This document shows, piece after piece, positions 13,811 through 25,710 of a stretch of 64,000 nucleotides of DNA. The notes under the pieces are model-generated. The model saw only the letters and a list, made by a program, of their open reading frames with translations. It was not told the origin of the DNA and did not search any database. The stretch covers positions 8,246,001-8,310,000 of the forward strand of contig OX597835.1 in the NCBI GenBank assembly GCA_951406725.2, in the 5' to 3' direction. Position 1 is the stretch's first letter. Each line of letters opens with the position of its first letter. The stretch comes from Octopus vulgaris. Its lineage: Eukaryota. The translations under genes and the position numbers were made by a program.

Positions 13811-14164
13811 TTCCAATTTAATCTTGCAGGACAGTTGCTAAACCGAAAGCAGAGAAGGGAGCACCTATACTATCTTTTTACATGCCAGAAATTGCAGCAA
13901 ATTTCCCCCTGAACCCAAACATAACGTTAAAAATACAACACATTGATGTTTTTAAAATATGGGATGGCATAACTGGAATGTCGATGGTGTGTCTCCTACT
14001 CTACTGCATCGATGAATCGGTAACTTCATCAAAATTTCTCTATAGACTTCTAAGGCTCTGATCCTTTTTGAATTATCTTACAGCATTTTGCTCCTTTCAA
14101 TCACTGGAATGAAATAATAATAAAGTACAAACTTTTCACAACGAAACAGATCTAAGCATAACAA

Positions 14165-14603
14165 CAGGAGTGGCTGTGTGGCACAGGAGTGGCTGTGTGG
14201 CGCAGGAGTGGCTGTGTGGTAAGTAGCTTGCTAACCAACCACATGGTTCCGGGTTCAGTCCCACTGCGTGGCACCTTGGGCAACTGTCTTCTATTATAGC
14301 CTTGGGGCCGACCAATGCCTTGTGAGTGGATTTGGTAGACGGAGACTGAAAGAAGCCTGTCGTATGTATGTATATATGTGTATGTGTGTCAGTGTTTGTC
14401 CCCCTAGCATTGCTTGACAACCGATGCTGGTGTGTTTACGTTCCCATCACCTAGCGGTTCGGCAAAAGAGACCGATAGAATAAGTACTGGGCTTACAAAA
14501 GAATAAGTCCCGGGGTCGATTTGCTCGACTAAAGGCGGTGCTCCAGCATGGCCGCAGTCAAATGACTGAAACAATTAAAAGTAAAGTAAAGTAAAGTAAA
14601 GTA
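14165..14603 (+). mobile_element. SINE family A with triplicated 5' head
   Basis: caggagtggctgtgtgg at 14165, 14184 and 14203; (GTAAA)n tail. Confidence 0.92.
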
Positions 14604-15180
14604 ACAAAGACCCAATGGAAAAGATGCTGGCCATCAAAGTTGAAGCAACTCGAATTTGATAAAGAGAAACGAATACATTAATAAAGAGCGCCCTCTCTCA
14701 GCCCATAGCCATTCAGAAGCTTTCACTTTCTTCTTTCCACGGACCTTCTTTCTCTATCTAAAACTCGATCTCTTTCATACCAATATTCATCCATTCTTGA
14801 TTACGTCAGTCATTCTTAAAAATGTTTGCAAACCACTTCAGCAATATTTCTCGTTTTCTTTTATATATTTTTTTGTCTTCCTCATTCTTGCAGAGAATTT
14901 ATGCTTCGTTTTCTCTGACCTGTTATATTACGCACTCGACCAGAAGTTCCTTTTCCTGTGTTCTATGCCTCTTCTTCAGAAAAATGCTTAAAATCCGTTC
15001 AATAATGTTCCGTTAAATCAAGGGTTTACTGTATGTACGTATGTGTGTGCATTTGTGTATGTGTGTGTGTGTGTCTGTGCGTGTCTCTGAGAAGGAGTTG
15101 AACATTACATCATTAAAGAACTCATTCATAACAACGAGGCTAAACGAAAGAAAATTCTACTCAAATATATATATATATAT

Positions 15181-15390
15181 GTGACTTCGTGAGCACCGCC
15201 AGCAATTTTTTTTCCTCTGTCTTCCCTTCTCGGGATCTTTCCTTCTCCTTTGTTTCCGACGAAGAGCTCCGCTCGAAACGTTAAACCCTCCTTCTTCCCT
15301 TCTTTCCTGAGCGTCCAATAATACTTTATTTGTTCCACATCCTCGCGTTGCTGTGTGTTTTTTTTTGTGTTTTCTTGTTTGGATTAACTA
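15181..15390 (+). mobile_element. (TA)n-embedded mini-element family H1
   Basis: Homologous to 36987-37190, 42920-43039, 46724-46817 and 59793-60010; all flanked by (TA)n. Confidence 0.85.
15252..15286 (+). ncRNA. Minimal hammerhead, U4C core (family H1)
   Basis: GTTT|CCGACGA|A|GAGC-tcc-GCTC|GAAA|CG|TT|AAAC. Confidence 0.7.
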
Positions 15391-15406
15391 TATATATATA
15401 TATCTT

Positions 15407-15465
15407 GGCGGTGCCCCAGCATGGCCACAGCTTGTGAGCTGAAACTAAATAAATAAATAAAAAAA
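15407..15465 (+). mobile_element. Short LINE/SINE 3'-tail fragment
   Basis: ggcggtgccccagcatggccacagc...gctgaaactaaataaataaa resembles the SINE A tail. Confidence 0.6.
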
Positions 15466-16009
15466 ATAATAAAATCTTACAATTATACTGAACTTTCAAA
15501 CGTTGCATTCAATGCGAGTTCGCACTGCGTGTGCATACAGCTCTGTATACATATCGACATCTGTATCTAGAAGGACGGAGAATTATACGTCATTAAAACT
15601 TGTTTATTATAGTATTATTATCATCATTAAATTCATATTGGTATCTCGTCCGAAACGTGTTTCCACTTCACAGTAGACCTAATGCCCTTTCATATAGTAT
15701 TTTTGTGTCACCCACACGCATGGGTAAAATCTTGAACCAAGCTACATAAGAAGATCTAGTCTTGATGAATATATACTGCAAACTAAATACTACATAAAAG
15801 GACACCAGGACAAGGGATACACAGCCAGGACTGGAATCTGTTGGGAATTTCATGAAAAAAATCTGTAATAAGCAAAGTTTGAAGATAATTTCTCCTTCTT
15901 CTTTACGATGTTTTGAATATTTATTCTTTCTCTTATACAAAATCCAATGAAGCAAATGCAAGATTAACTTCTTGAATGAAATACAAAGGAATTCTGTATC
16001 TTAAACATT

Positions 16010-16015
16010 CTATAC

Positions 16016-16098
<83 letters not shown>

Positions 16099-16123
16099 CC
16101 TACCTATCTATCTATATACCTAC

Positions 16124-16172
<49 letters not shown>

Positions 16173-16173
16173 C
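16010..16173. repeat. (TATC)n microsatellite
   Basis: Direct reading. Confidence 0.95.
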
Positions 16174-16844
16174 ATATACACACATAGACACACATATATA
16201 TGTGCGTGTATGTACACAAATATGTATATATATTCATATATATATATATATATATACTGAATGCCTTGGAAACCAATTCCTGGATTTTTACACCTACGGA
16301 TTACTGTTACCATTCTTATATATAAACACACATATATATAAACACACATATGCAATATACAGATATACCTATATACATCTGTATATTTCAATTATAGATA
16401 TGTACAGGTAAAAGCACACATGTAAATGTGTACGTATGTACACACGTATGTATGTAGATGTGTGTGTGTGTGTTTGTGTGTTCGTGTGGGTGTGTGTGTT
16501 CGTGTGGGTGTGTGTATGCCTAACGTCATTCCACTTCATTGGTCCCAATTACAGAAATATAATAAACACTGAAAAGGAATCTCGAAAACGAGATTTGGAA
16601 GTAAAATTCGATGCAGAAGAAAAACTCAACGAAAACATAAAACCGCGGCAAAGAGGAGAAAAATAAAAGAGAATAGCAATATTTTAGCGTTGCTATGGTT
16701 ACAACAGGATGGCATTGAGAATGATGCAGCTTCTTTGGTAGAATCTTCGTGTCATAATCAAATAAATTGAAGATGTTACATATTTGAAGATGTGTGGTAT
16801 ACGTAAGAGATGACAGGGATAAGACACACAGATGCTGGCGTCGG

Positions 16845-17815
16845 TGGCAGCGGTGTTGTTGTTGTTGGTGGTGATGGTATTGATGATGATGGTGGTGGTG
16901 ATAGTGGCAGTGATGGTGATAGTGGTGGTGGTGGTGATGGTGGTAGTGATGGTGATGGTAGTGGTGATGATGGTGGTGGTGATAGTGGCAGTGATGGTGA
17001 TAGTGGTGGTGGTGGTGGTGATGGTGGTAATGATTGTGATGGTGGTGATAGTGGTGTAAGTGTTGGTGTTGTTGTTGGTGGTCGTGTTGATGGTAGTGGT
17101 GATGATGGTGGTGGTGATAGTGGCAGTGATGGTGATAGTAGTGGAGGTGGTGATGATGGTGGTAGTGATGGTGTATTGATGGTGATGGTGGTGATAGTGA
17201 TGTAAGTCTTGGGTTGCTGTTGGTGGTGGTAGTGATAGTGGCAGTGATTGTGATAGTGGTGGTAGTGGTGATGGTGGTGATAGTGGTGTAAGTGTTGGTG
17301 TTGTTGTTGGTGGTGGTGTTGATGGTAGTGGTGATAGTAAAGGTGATGACGCTGATGGTGCCGATGGTGGTGGTGATGTTGGTTGCGGTGGTTGTAGAGA
17401 TGGTGGTGATGATAGTGACGGTGTTGGTGACGGTAGTGCGGGGGATGATGATGGTGTTGGTAGTAGTGTTGGTGGTGGAGGTGGTGGTGGCTTTCGTTCT
17501 GTCGACAGCTGCTGGTAGTAGTTTTGCTGATAGCAGTTGTGATAGTATAGGCGGTAGTAGTAATGGCTCTGCTAGCTGTGGTTGTCGTAGTATTTGTAGT
17601 AGCGTTGATGTTACTAATGATGATAATGATGTGCCGGTAGTGGCGGTAGTAGTTTTAGAAGTGGCAGTTGCAGAGGCGATCATACTGATGATGATGATAA
17701 CGGGCAGTATTTTGTGCAGTGGTGGTGGTGTTTGTAGTAGTGGTAGTTGTGGGAGTGGTGTTTTTAGTAGCGGTGGTGGTAGTAGGAGCGGCAGTTGTAG
17801 AGGTGGTAGTGTTGC
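16845..17815. repeat. GGT/GAT/GTA low-complexity tract with higher-order repeats (gatgatggtggtggtgatagtggcagtgatggtgatagt)
   Basis: Direct reading; generates the 480-aa Thr/His-rich pseudo-ORF. Confidence 0.85.
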
Positions 17816-17901
17816 TGTGTGCGAGAAATGATCATTATTAAATAAACCTACAGGTCGATTTATACTGATAATAACGAGAGGAAATAACGCATTCATCCCT
17901 A

Positions 17902-17970
<69 letters not shown>

Positions 17971-18226
17971 GAACTCACACACAGAGATATTCATGCACAT
18001 ACGATACCTGCAAGCATGCACACAGAGATATGCATATTCCTATACATAAATTAATAATTAGGTGTTTGTGTATGTGTGTGCGTGTGCATGTGTGTGTGTG
18101 TGTGCGTGTGCTATATAAATAATTTGTATCAATAGAAAATAGACGCATATATGCATCAATACAAACATATACATGTTCAATCTTGTATACATACAATTTC
18201 AAATATAAATACATACACATGTTTTT

Positions 18227-18310
<84 letters not shown>

Positions 18311-18981
18311 TGTGTGTGTACTTATATATGTATTTCTATATGTAAGTACAATGGAAAGCAATGTCGAAACGTGTTGGAAGATATGAAAGCCACAACACTT
18401 GAATGTAAATTCATGATCGTGAAAGAGGAGTTGGTTGAAAGCTGTCAGTTGAGATGCATCTTCATCAGTGAAAGAGATGCTGAAAAGAAAACTAATTCAG
18501 ATTTACAGTCAAAATCAATGAACAATTGAGAGAGAGAGAGAGGGGTGGAGGAGAAAGAGAGAGAGAGTTGAGCGTTGGTTTAAGAAATTTACTGAAGCTT
18601 TTCAAATAGATGAAAATTTATTTTTGCGTAAAATCCCGTGTGCGAAAAATGTGTGTAACCAAGACGTAATGAGGCGAGATCAAATTCAAAGGAAGAATTA
18701 TCATTATTTTACGTAAAATGTTTTGGACGTTATAATCTTAGAGTAGAAATGAGAAATTCCATGAAAGAACAAAGCAGCCGACTACTAGTGCAGAAAAATG
18801 CGATTCAGTTTAAAATGAGATTTCCTTTTCTAAATGTTATGTAAATATATTCCGGGTGAGACAATTGTATTTTTATCATTTCTTGAAAAATGATTTCGTC
18901 TTTTCAATGACACTAGCTAGAGACATATCAGGGTATATCCTACGATCAGGAGAAACCTCTAACAAGCATAAATTGTAAGGA

Positions 18982-19330
18982 TGTGGCATCTTGGGCAAGT
19001 GTCTTCTACTATAGCCTCGGGCCGACCAATGCCTTGTGAGTGGATTCGGTAGACGGAAACTGAAAGAAGCCTGTCGTATATATGTATATATATATATGTG
19101 TGTATGTGTATATGTTTGTGTGTCTGTGTTTGTCCCCGTAGCATTGCTTGACAACCGATGCTGGTGTGTTTACGTCCCCGTCACTTAGCGGTTCGGCAAA
19201 AGTTACCGATAGAATAAGTACTGGGCTCACAAAGAATAAGTCCCGGGGTCGATTTTCCCGACTAAAGGCGGTGCTCCAGCATGGCCGTAGTCAAATGACT
19301 GAAACAAGTAAAAGAGGAAAGAGTAAGAGA
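18982..19330 (+). mobile_element. SINE family A, 5'-truncated
   Basis: Similarity to other copies from gtggcatcttgggcaag onward. Confidence 0.9.
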
Positions 19331-20166
19331 ATATGCTTCTTAGGGCTCTTGAAAACAATAAACCAGTGACCACCCAACAACTGATGAAGCAGTAGTCACC
19401 ACCAGTATTTAGGCTATTGGATTGTAATTCCATGCCTTTTATATTGAAGACCCCCACCAAATTACTAACCAAAACTAGAAATTATTACGACTAAAGTGAT
19501 ATTCACTATGTCTAGCTGAAATGAAACAAAGATGTATCATCGATTCAAGCAGCCTTTTCAGTGTAGCATCCTAGGAGCAATATCTAATAATCATCAATAG
19601 TCGAAATGTCATCATCGATCAAGTCTGCTGCATAATAATATGAGATTTCAAAATCCGTTTCTTGGAAAATATTCTTTTGATAAATGACTAAAACCTTTAC
19701 ACTAACTTTGGACAGTTTTGCAGCAACCGAACAGCAAACTATCAACTTATTTCCATAAATTCACATCTAGTTACATTGTCAGAAAGCATCGTGAGTAAAT
19801 GTTTAAACATATAGTCGCCATTATATTTACATTTGAGCAAAAGTGTAACGATCGGAACGATGTGCATTAGAACGAATAGTCCTGAAAATAAAACTCTGTC
19901 ATTATAGTGATGTAGAGGTTTTCATTCCCCACCCGCCATCATATTAAATATGAGTGATAGAAATTCTTAAATACCCTGTAAAATACAACCAAAAGAGACA
20001 TTGTTTTTTTGGGGGAAAATTGTGGACAGGGAAGGAGAAAGATTTATAGCGGCTAATTGAAACCAAATATTCATGTTAGATAAAATTTCTAATTAGCATT
20101 AAAAAAATGTAGGCATACATACATGCGTTATATGAATGTATGCATCCACACAAATATATGTATGTA

Positions 20167-20223
<57 letters not shown>

Positions 20224-20260
20224 GGGGGGAGAGAGCGAGTGTGTATTATGTTTTATATGT

Positions 20261-20582
20261 GAGACTCCCTTCGGTCACAAAACAGACCATGGGATTGCAT
20301 CTAGAAAGTTACCCTCCCACACACAAGTCCGGGCAAGGTTGTTTATGGAAGACCAGCAGCCGCCCATGCATACCGGCCTCCCCAGTGTTACCCAAGGGAA
20401 AGACAAAGGGGCTGATACAGTTTGGCACCAGTGACGTCGCAGCTCATTTTTACAGCTGAGTTAACTGGAGCAATGTGAAATAAAGTGTCTTGCTCAAGAA
20501 GACAACACGCAGCCCAGTCCGGGAATCGAACTCAACCTCACGATTGTAAGCTCGACGCTCTAACCACTGAGTCATGCGCTTT
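20261..20582 (-). mobile_element. SINE family D (tRNA head, CORE-like ttgagcaagacacttt)
   Basis: Minus head gcgcatgactcagtggttagagcg...gttcgattcccgg; second copy at 45858-46440. Confidence 0.85.
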
Positions 20583-20600
20583 CATATATTTTTATATATA

Positions 20601-20635
<35 letters not shown>

Positions 20636-20800
20636 AAATAGAAAGATGAATAATCTTGTAGTAGATTAATCAAAAGTTTAACCGATACCTTAGTAGCAAA
20701 AATCACAGCAGTAAACAGTTTCGCCATGGGCTCTTAGGAGCATAGTTCGATTTGTTTTTGCTCCGCCTCTGTTCTGTTTTTGTTTTTCCAACGGATTTCC

Positions 20801-20894
20801 TATTTTCTTCCTGAAGAGAAAGACACAATATGGTCCCATTATTCAATCGGAATTTGGTAATTTGTGCCTTTCGAAACACGTGTAGAATGAAATA
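20801..20894 (+). ncRNA. Type I hammerhead ribozyme, canonical core
   Basis: tattttcttc|CTGAAGA|GAAAGACACAA...TTGTGCCTTTC|GAAA|CACGTG|TA|gaatgaaata; GUA site after 20884; palindromic stem III ACACGTGT; in TA-flanked insert 20634-20950. Confidence 0.85.
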
Positions 20895-20948
20895 AAACGA
20901 TTTCTGTTCAATCTGCGTTCAGCTCCATTTCTTCAATTCACCAATAAT

Positions 20949-20995
<47 letters not shown>

Positions 20996-21204
20996 AATGT
21001 ATAATATGTGTGTGTTTGTGTGTGTGTGAGTGTGTGTGTTGGTGTGTGTATGTCAGTGTATGTGTGTATGTCAGTGTATGCATTATATTTTATATATACA
21101 TACATAAACTCATATGTGAATGAAGGATGTAAATTTTTAGTTAAATTCATTCGGCTTTTCATTAGCGAAATTCTACGCTATACACTCTAATGTGTATATA
21201 TAGT

Positions 21205-21281
<77 letters not shown>

Positions 21282-21695
21282 AAAATAGAGAGAGTTTATG
21301 TGTATCTTTCTCTTACCCTGGTGCGTGTTCGCTCTCCATCACTAAGCTTATATACAGAACTATACACATTGATAGATGCATACATCTGATTATAATCGTA
21401 TGTCTGTATATGCATAAAGGGCCGTGCCAATAGTGCGTGTGTGCATGCATATATTTTCGATGTAGAGTATACGCGACCTGTGTTCATTAATCATGCATTA
21501 CTTTCTTATAGACCACTTCACGTTAATTGCAACACAGAAAGACTTGTATCTGTCCTATGTAGCAGCAGAAGTAAGATCAAATATCTGAGATAAGTCGGTT
21601 GATTGATTACCTGACTGAGTGATTGGGTAGCTGCTCAGGCGGTTGGTCGACTAGATGTACCATACGATAGAACTGACAGCGCCAACAATATGAAG

Positions 21696-22028
21696 CAGTG
21701 GTTTTCAATCAGGGTTCCGCGGTACATTAAGGTTCCGCCAGTACAGTTCAGGGCTTCCGCAAGAAGTTACAAAACTGCTAAAATCGGCAGTAATTTTTAA
21801 GTCTCCTGTGCAGATATACTCTTTTGCTCTTTTACTTGTTTCAGTCATTTGACTGCGGCCATGCTGGAGCACCGCCTTTAGTCGAGCAAATCGACCCCGG
21901 GACTTATTCTTTGTAAGCCCAGTACTTATTCTATCGGTCTCTTTTTGCCGAACCGCTAAGTGACGGGGACGTAACCACACCAGCATTGGTTGTCAAGCAA
22001 TGCTAGGGGGACAAACACAGACACACAA

Positions 22029-22076
<48 letters not shown>

Positions 22077-22331
22077 GACAGGCTTCTTTCAGTTTCCGTC
22101 TACCAAATCCACTCACAAGGCATTGGTCGGCCCGGGGCTATAGCAGAAGACACTTGCCCAAGATGCCACGCAGTGGGACTGAACCCGGAACCATGAGGCT
22201 GGTTAGCAAGCTACTTACCACACAGCCACTCCTGTGTGCAAAAGACTATTAAATTATTGCACAGGGTTTCCTCGAGCCAGTGGAATGTTTCCTTGGGGTT
22301 CCGCTCCAGTAAAAAGTTTGAAAAATCACTG
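21696..22331. mobile_element. hAT-superfamily MITE interrupted by a SINE A
   Basis: TIRs CAGTGGTTTTCAA / TTGAAAAATCACTG; perfect 8-bp TSD atatgaag at 21688-21695 and 22332-22339. Confidence 0.9.
21819..22233 (-). mobile_element. SINE family A nested in hAT MITE
   Basis: Full reverse-complement copy. Confidence 0.92.
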
Positions 22332-22973
22332 ATATGAAGGATCTAGGTAGGCTTTCCATGATGGAATATTGTGACATAAAGATATTCAATCAAGTGAATT
22401 GATCAAAGCAATTACTAGACAACGTCTTCTCTCCAGGTATAACAACCTACGCAAAATATATAACAAAATATAACAACCTACGCATAAACACACATGAAGT
22501 AAGTTCTGTCCACTAATTGCTCGGATGGCCTTACTGGTTGGTTGTGTTTTTAATCAATTTGTAACATTTGTGGCGCTGAACTCCATCGCTATTTATTATA
22601 CCCGAGTCTTGTCTGAAGAACTTTCCTTCGGTCATATTGTGAATATTCATAATCTGCATCACCATGCCTACCCACATACTGACCCACCACCCTCACTACA
22701 TAAATACACATCTACCTACCAATGTACACACACGCACTCACATACACACATATCCATATATATGTATATGCTCACACACAAATACACACACATACATGCA
22801 CACACATGCACACACACACACATATATATAAACATAAATAATATTAGGGTAATAAGAATTATAGAAACTATTATTCGAAAATAATAATTTATATATATAT
22901 ACAATCACACACAAATACACACACACACATGCACACGCACACATACACACACGCACACATACACATACACACA

Positions 22974-23071
<98 letters not shown>

Positions 23072-23536
23072 AAACAATATTAGGGTAATAAGATTTATAG
23101 AAAATTTGTTCGAAAATAATTTATATATATATATACATACACAAACACACCACACAAACTCACACTCACACAAACATACGCGCTCCTATATATTATTTGT
23201 ATACTTACACAGTAAAATGCATTCAACTGAAAAGTTTTATTAAGACTGAACATGAATTGGGGTTTCTGACTGAACGTTTCGCCTCATGAATACCGATGAA
23301 TTACGTTATTCATATTAAAGACAAGAATAGAGCTAACATTTATAGAGATCCATTATGAAATAATATTTGGTTTCGAATCTTTACACCTTTGTCTTTTATC
23401 AGAATGATGATATATTTGCGATATTCTGCTGAACATCTAAAGAAATAAATGAAAACCTCCATCAGTGTGGGGCGATGAAAGTCATTTTATCTTTGCAAAC
23501 AGTGTTTGCCAAATCAATATTAAAATATAGAACGTT

Positions 23537-23700
23537 GGCGCAGGTGTGGCTGTGTGGTGAGAGGGTCGCTTGCCAACAACATGGTTCCGAGTTCAGTCTA
23601 ACTGCGTGGTATCTTGAGCGAGTGTCTTCTACTATAGTCTCGAATCGACAAAGCGTTGGGATTGGTTTTGGTAGACGGAAACCGAAAATCACCCAAGAAG
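23537..23700 (+). mobile_element. Old SINE A 5' fragment
   Basis: Diverged ggcgcaggtgtggctgtgtgg...ggtagacggaaac. Confidence 0.8.
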
Positions 23701-23787
23701 TTCCCCACCGAGACACAATGTGTTAACAACAAATAAGATGAAGACAAATACCCATCAATTGTAAATAATGTAAATAATGTATATATA

Positions 23788-23843
<56 letters not shown>

Positions 23844-23982
23844 TTATATATATATATATATATTACGGAGATGTACTTGCATAGCAAGTGACCTGGTCTG
23901 AGATCGTTGCAGCGTGGAAGGTGTTTATAAGCCATTTAATAAACACACAAAATCCGTTAGATTCACTTCAGCATTTAAACGT

Positions 23983-24038
23983 AATTTGTCAAAATATTTT
24001 CGTCGCTTTGAGACCGCGACCTGTTCACTGACAAAATT
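23983..24038 (-). ncRNA. Minimal hammerhead, G3-C8 swapped core
   Basis: Minus: AATTTTGTCA|GTGAACA|G|GTCGC-ggtctcaaa-GCGAC|GAAA|ATAT|TT|TGACAAATT; 7-bp stem I, 5-bp stem II, palindromic AATATT. Confidence 0.72.
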
Positions 24039-24911
24039 CCGTGCATCACGGAATTTTGTCAATGAACAGGTCGCGGTCTGACGTGTCGGAATATACTGGC
24101 TGTTTTAATTAAGAAATTCGCATCGTCAAACATTGGATTGTAAAAAGAGTATATAAAAACAGGCGTTATTAATTCATATCTTAATATTTTCCAGTCGCAC
24201 ATATTAGAAATATTAATTACCATATCCTATCGTAAATATGCTAAACATTTCAAAACATACTTTTCACTGATATTATGCATTTCAACAATTATAAATATGT
24301 TTATATTTTCTCCGATAAAACCAATATCGGATTAGAAATAAACAATAGCGGTTACACGTAATTTCTTAATATGTTGATCAATACTAATTATAGAAACAGT
24401 TGATGCACCAATATAAATATTCCGGCAACAATGTAATTCACGAACTGAAAGAAGACAATAGAATGTCCAGTTAGGTGTGAGCCGTGGCTCAAATTGAAAG
24501 TACAAAAATTAATATATTATTTCATTACAGGATATAGGTTAATTTATTGCAACAGAAATAGAACGAAGCAACATGAAAATCTTTGGTAAAATTAACAATT
24601 AGCTCAGAAAATTAATCAGTCTACACCTGAACATGAACAATAGGAAAACAATCAGTTGGCTGAAAAATAGGCACACTAGGAACGATTCTAAGTTTACTCT
24701 GTTTTTTATTGTTTATATTTTGTGTACACAAATTCTACCTAAAGCAACACAACGGATGTTTCAGATACAGAAGTATTGCGGGTATATACATACATACATA
24801 CATACATACATACATACATACATACATACATACATACATACATACATACATTCATACATACATACATACGTACATACATGCATGCATGTATATATATATA
24901 TATATATACAT

Positions 24912-25320
24912 ACAGTAAAAGCAATTAAGATTCAAGTGAGTTCTATTGAATTCACATGAATGCGGTACTTAACTTAGATGCACCAGAAATCTATATGGTA
25001 TTAACCATAAGATAAGGCGGGGTGATTATAAACAAGTAAAAAGCAACAAAAATGGATCAATATTTCGGTACAATTGTTTCGTACGAAGACCAGCTTTATT
25101 AAGACTGCAAATATTGCAGCAAATACAAGTGACCCGTACTCATCAGCCGAAAAAACATCTGAGTTCTCCAAACATCTAAGGGAATGAGGCTAAACTCCTG
25201 AAACATCAGGGATGGTTCTACAAAAATCAGATTTAGATAATAAATGGACTTCCGAAGTTCTTTAATGTTGCACAGTCATATAACAGGTTTTAAAAAAGTA
25301 TTTTAAAAAACCTCTCTATA
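24912..25320 (-). mobile_element. (TA)n-embedded mini-element family H3 (Penelope pLTR-like)
   Basis: Shares agattcaagtga...ggtactta...agatgcaccagaa...ggtgattata with 26060-26158, 40354-40490 and 43078-43195. Confidence 0.75.
25063..25152 (-). ncRNA. Type I hammerhead ribozyme, canonical core
   Basis: Minus: TTTCGG|CTGATGA|GTACG...CGTAC|GAAA|CAATTG|TA|CCGAAA; perfect stems, GUA cleavage between 25069 and 25068. Confidence 0.9.
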
Positions 25321-25329
25321 TATATATAC

Positions 25330-25407
<78 letters not shown>

Positions 25408-25710
25408 GTATATATATCCATTGTAGAAAAACATAAATCCGGAGACGAAACACTCTGAGATGTAGATCAGTTAATATTATAATGGGGGAGGCCGGTTTAT
25501 GGGGTTACACAGGATGATCCGTCTATAACGGTTTTGACTTTATGACGTATCCTCAGACCACAAACCTGTTGGCCTAAGACTTCATCAAAATGGTTTGATG
25601 ATACGCCATAAAACCAAACCCCTTATGGATGAGAAACTGAGAGTAACCCCATAAACCGGCCTCCCCATTATAAAATATATATTTGTATATATATATATAT
25701 ATATATATAT

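Noticed and set aside
16526-17968. 480-aa minus-strand ORF (Thr/His-rich, mucin-like)
   Set aside because: Starts in (TG)n and runs through trinucleotide low-complexity sequence that lacks stops by composition; no domain or splice evidence
19381-19400. CTGATGA motif
   Set aside because: No pairing partner or GAAA in the right geometry
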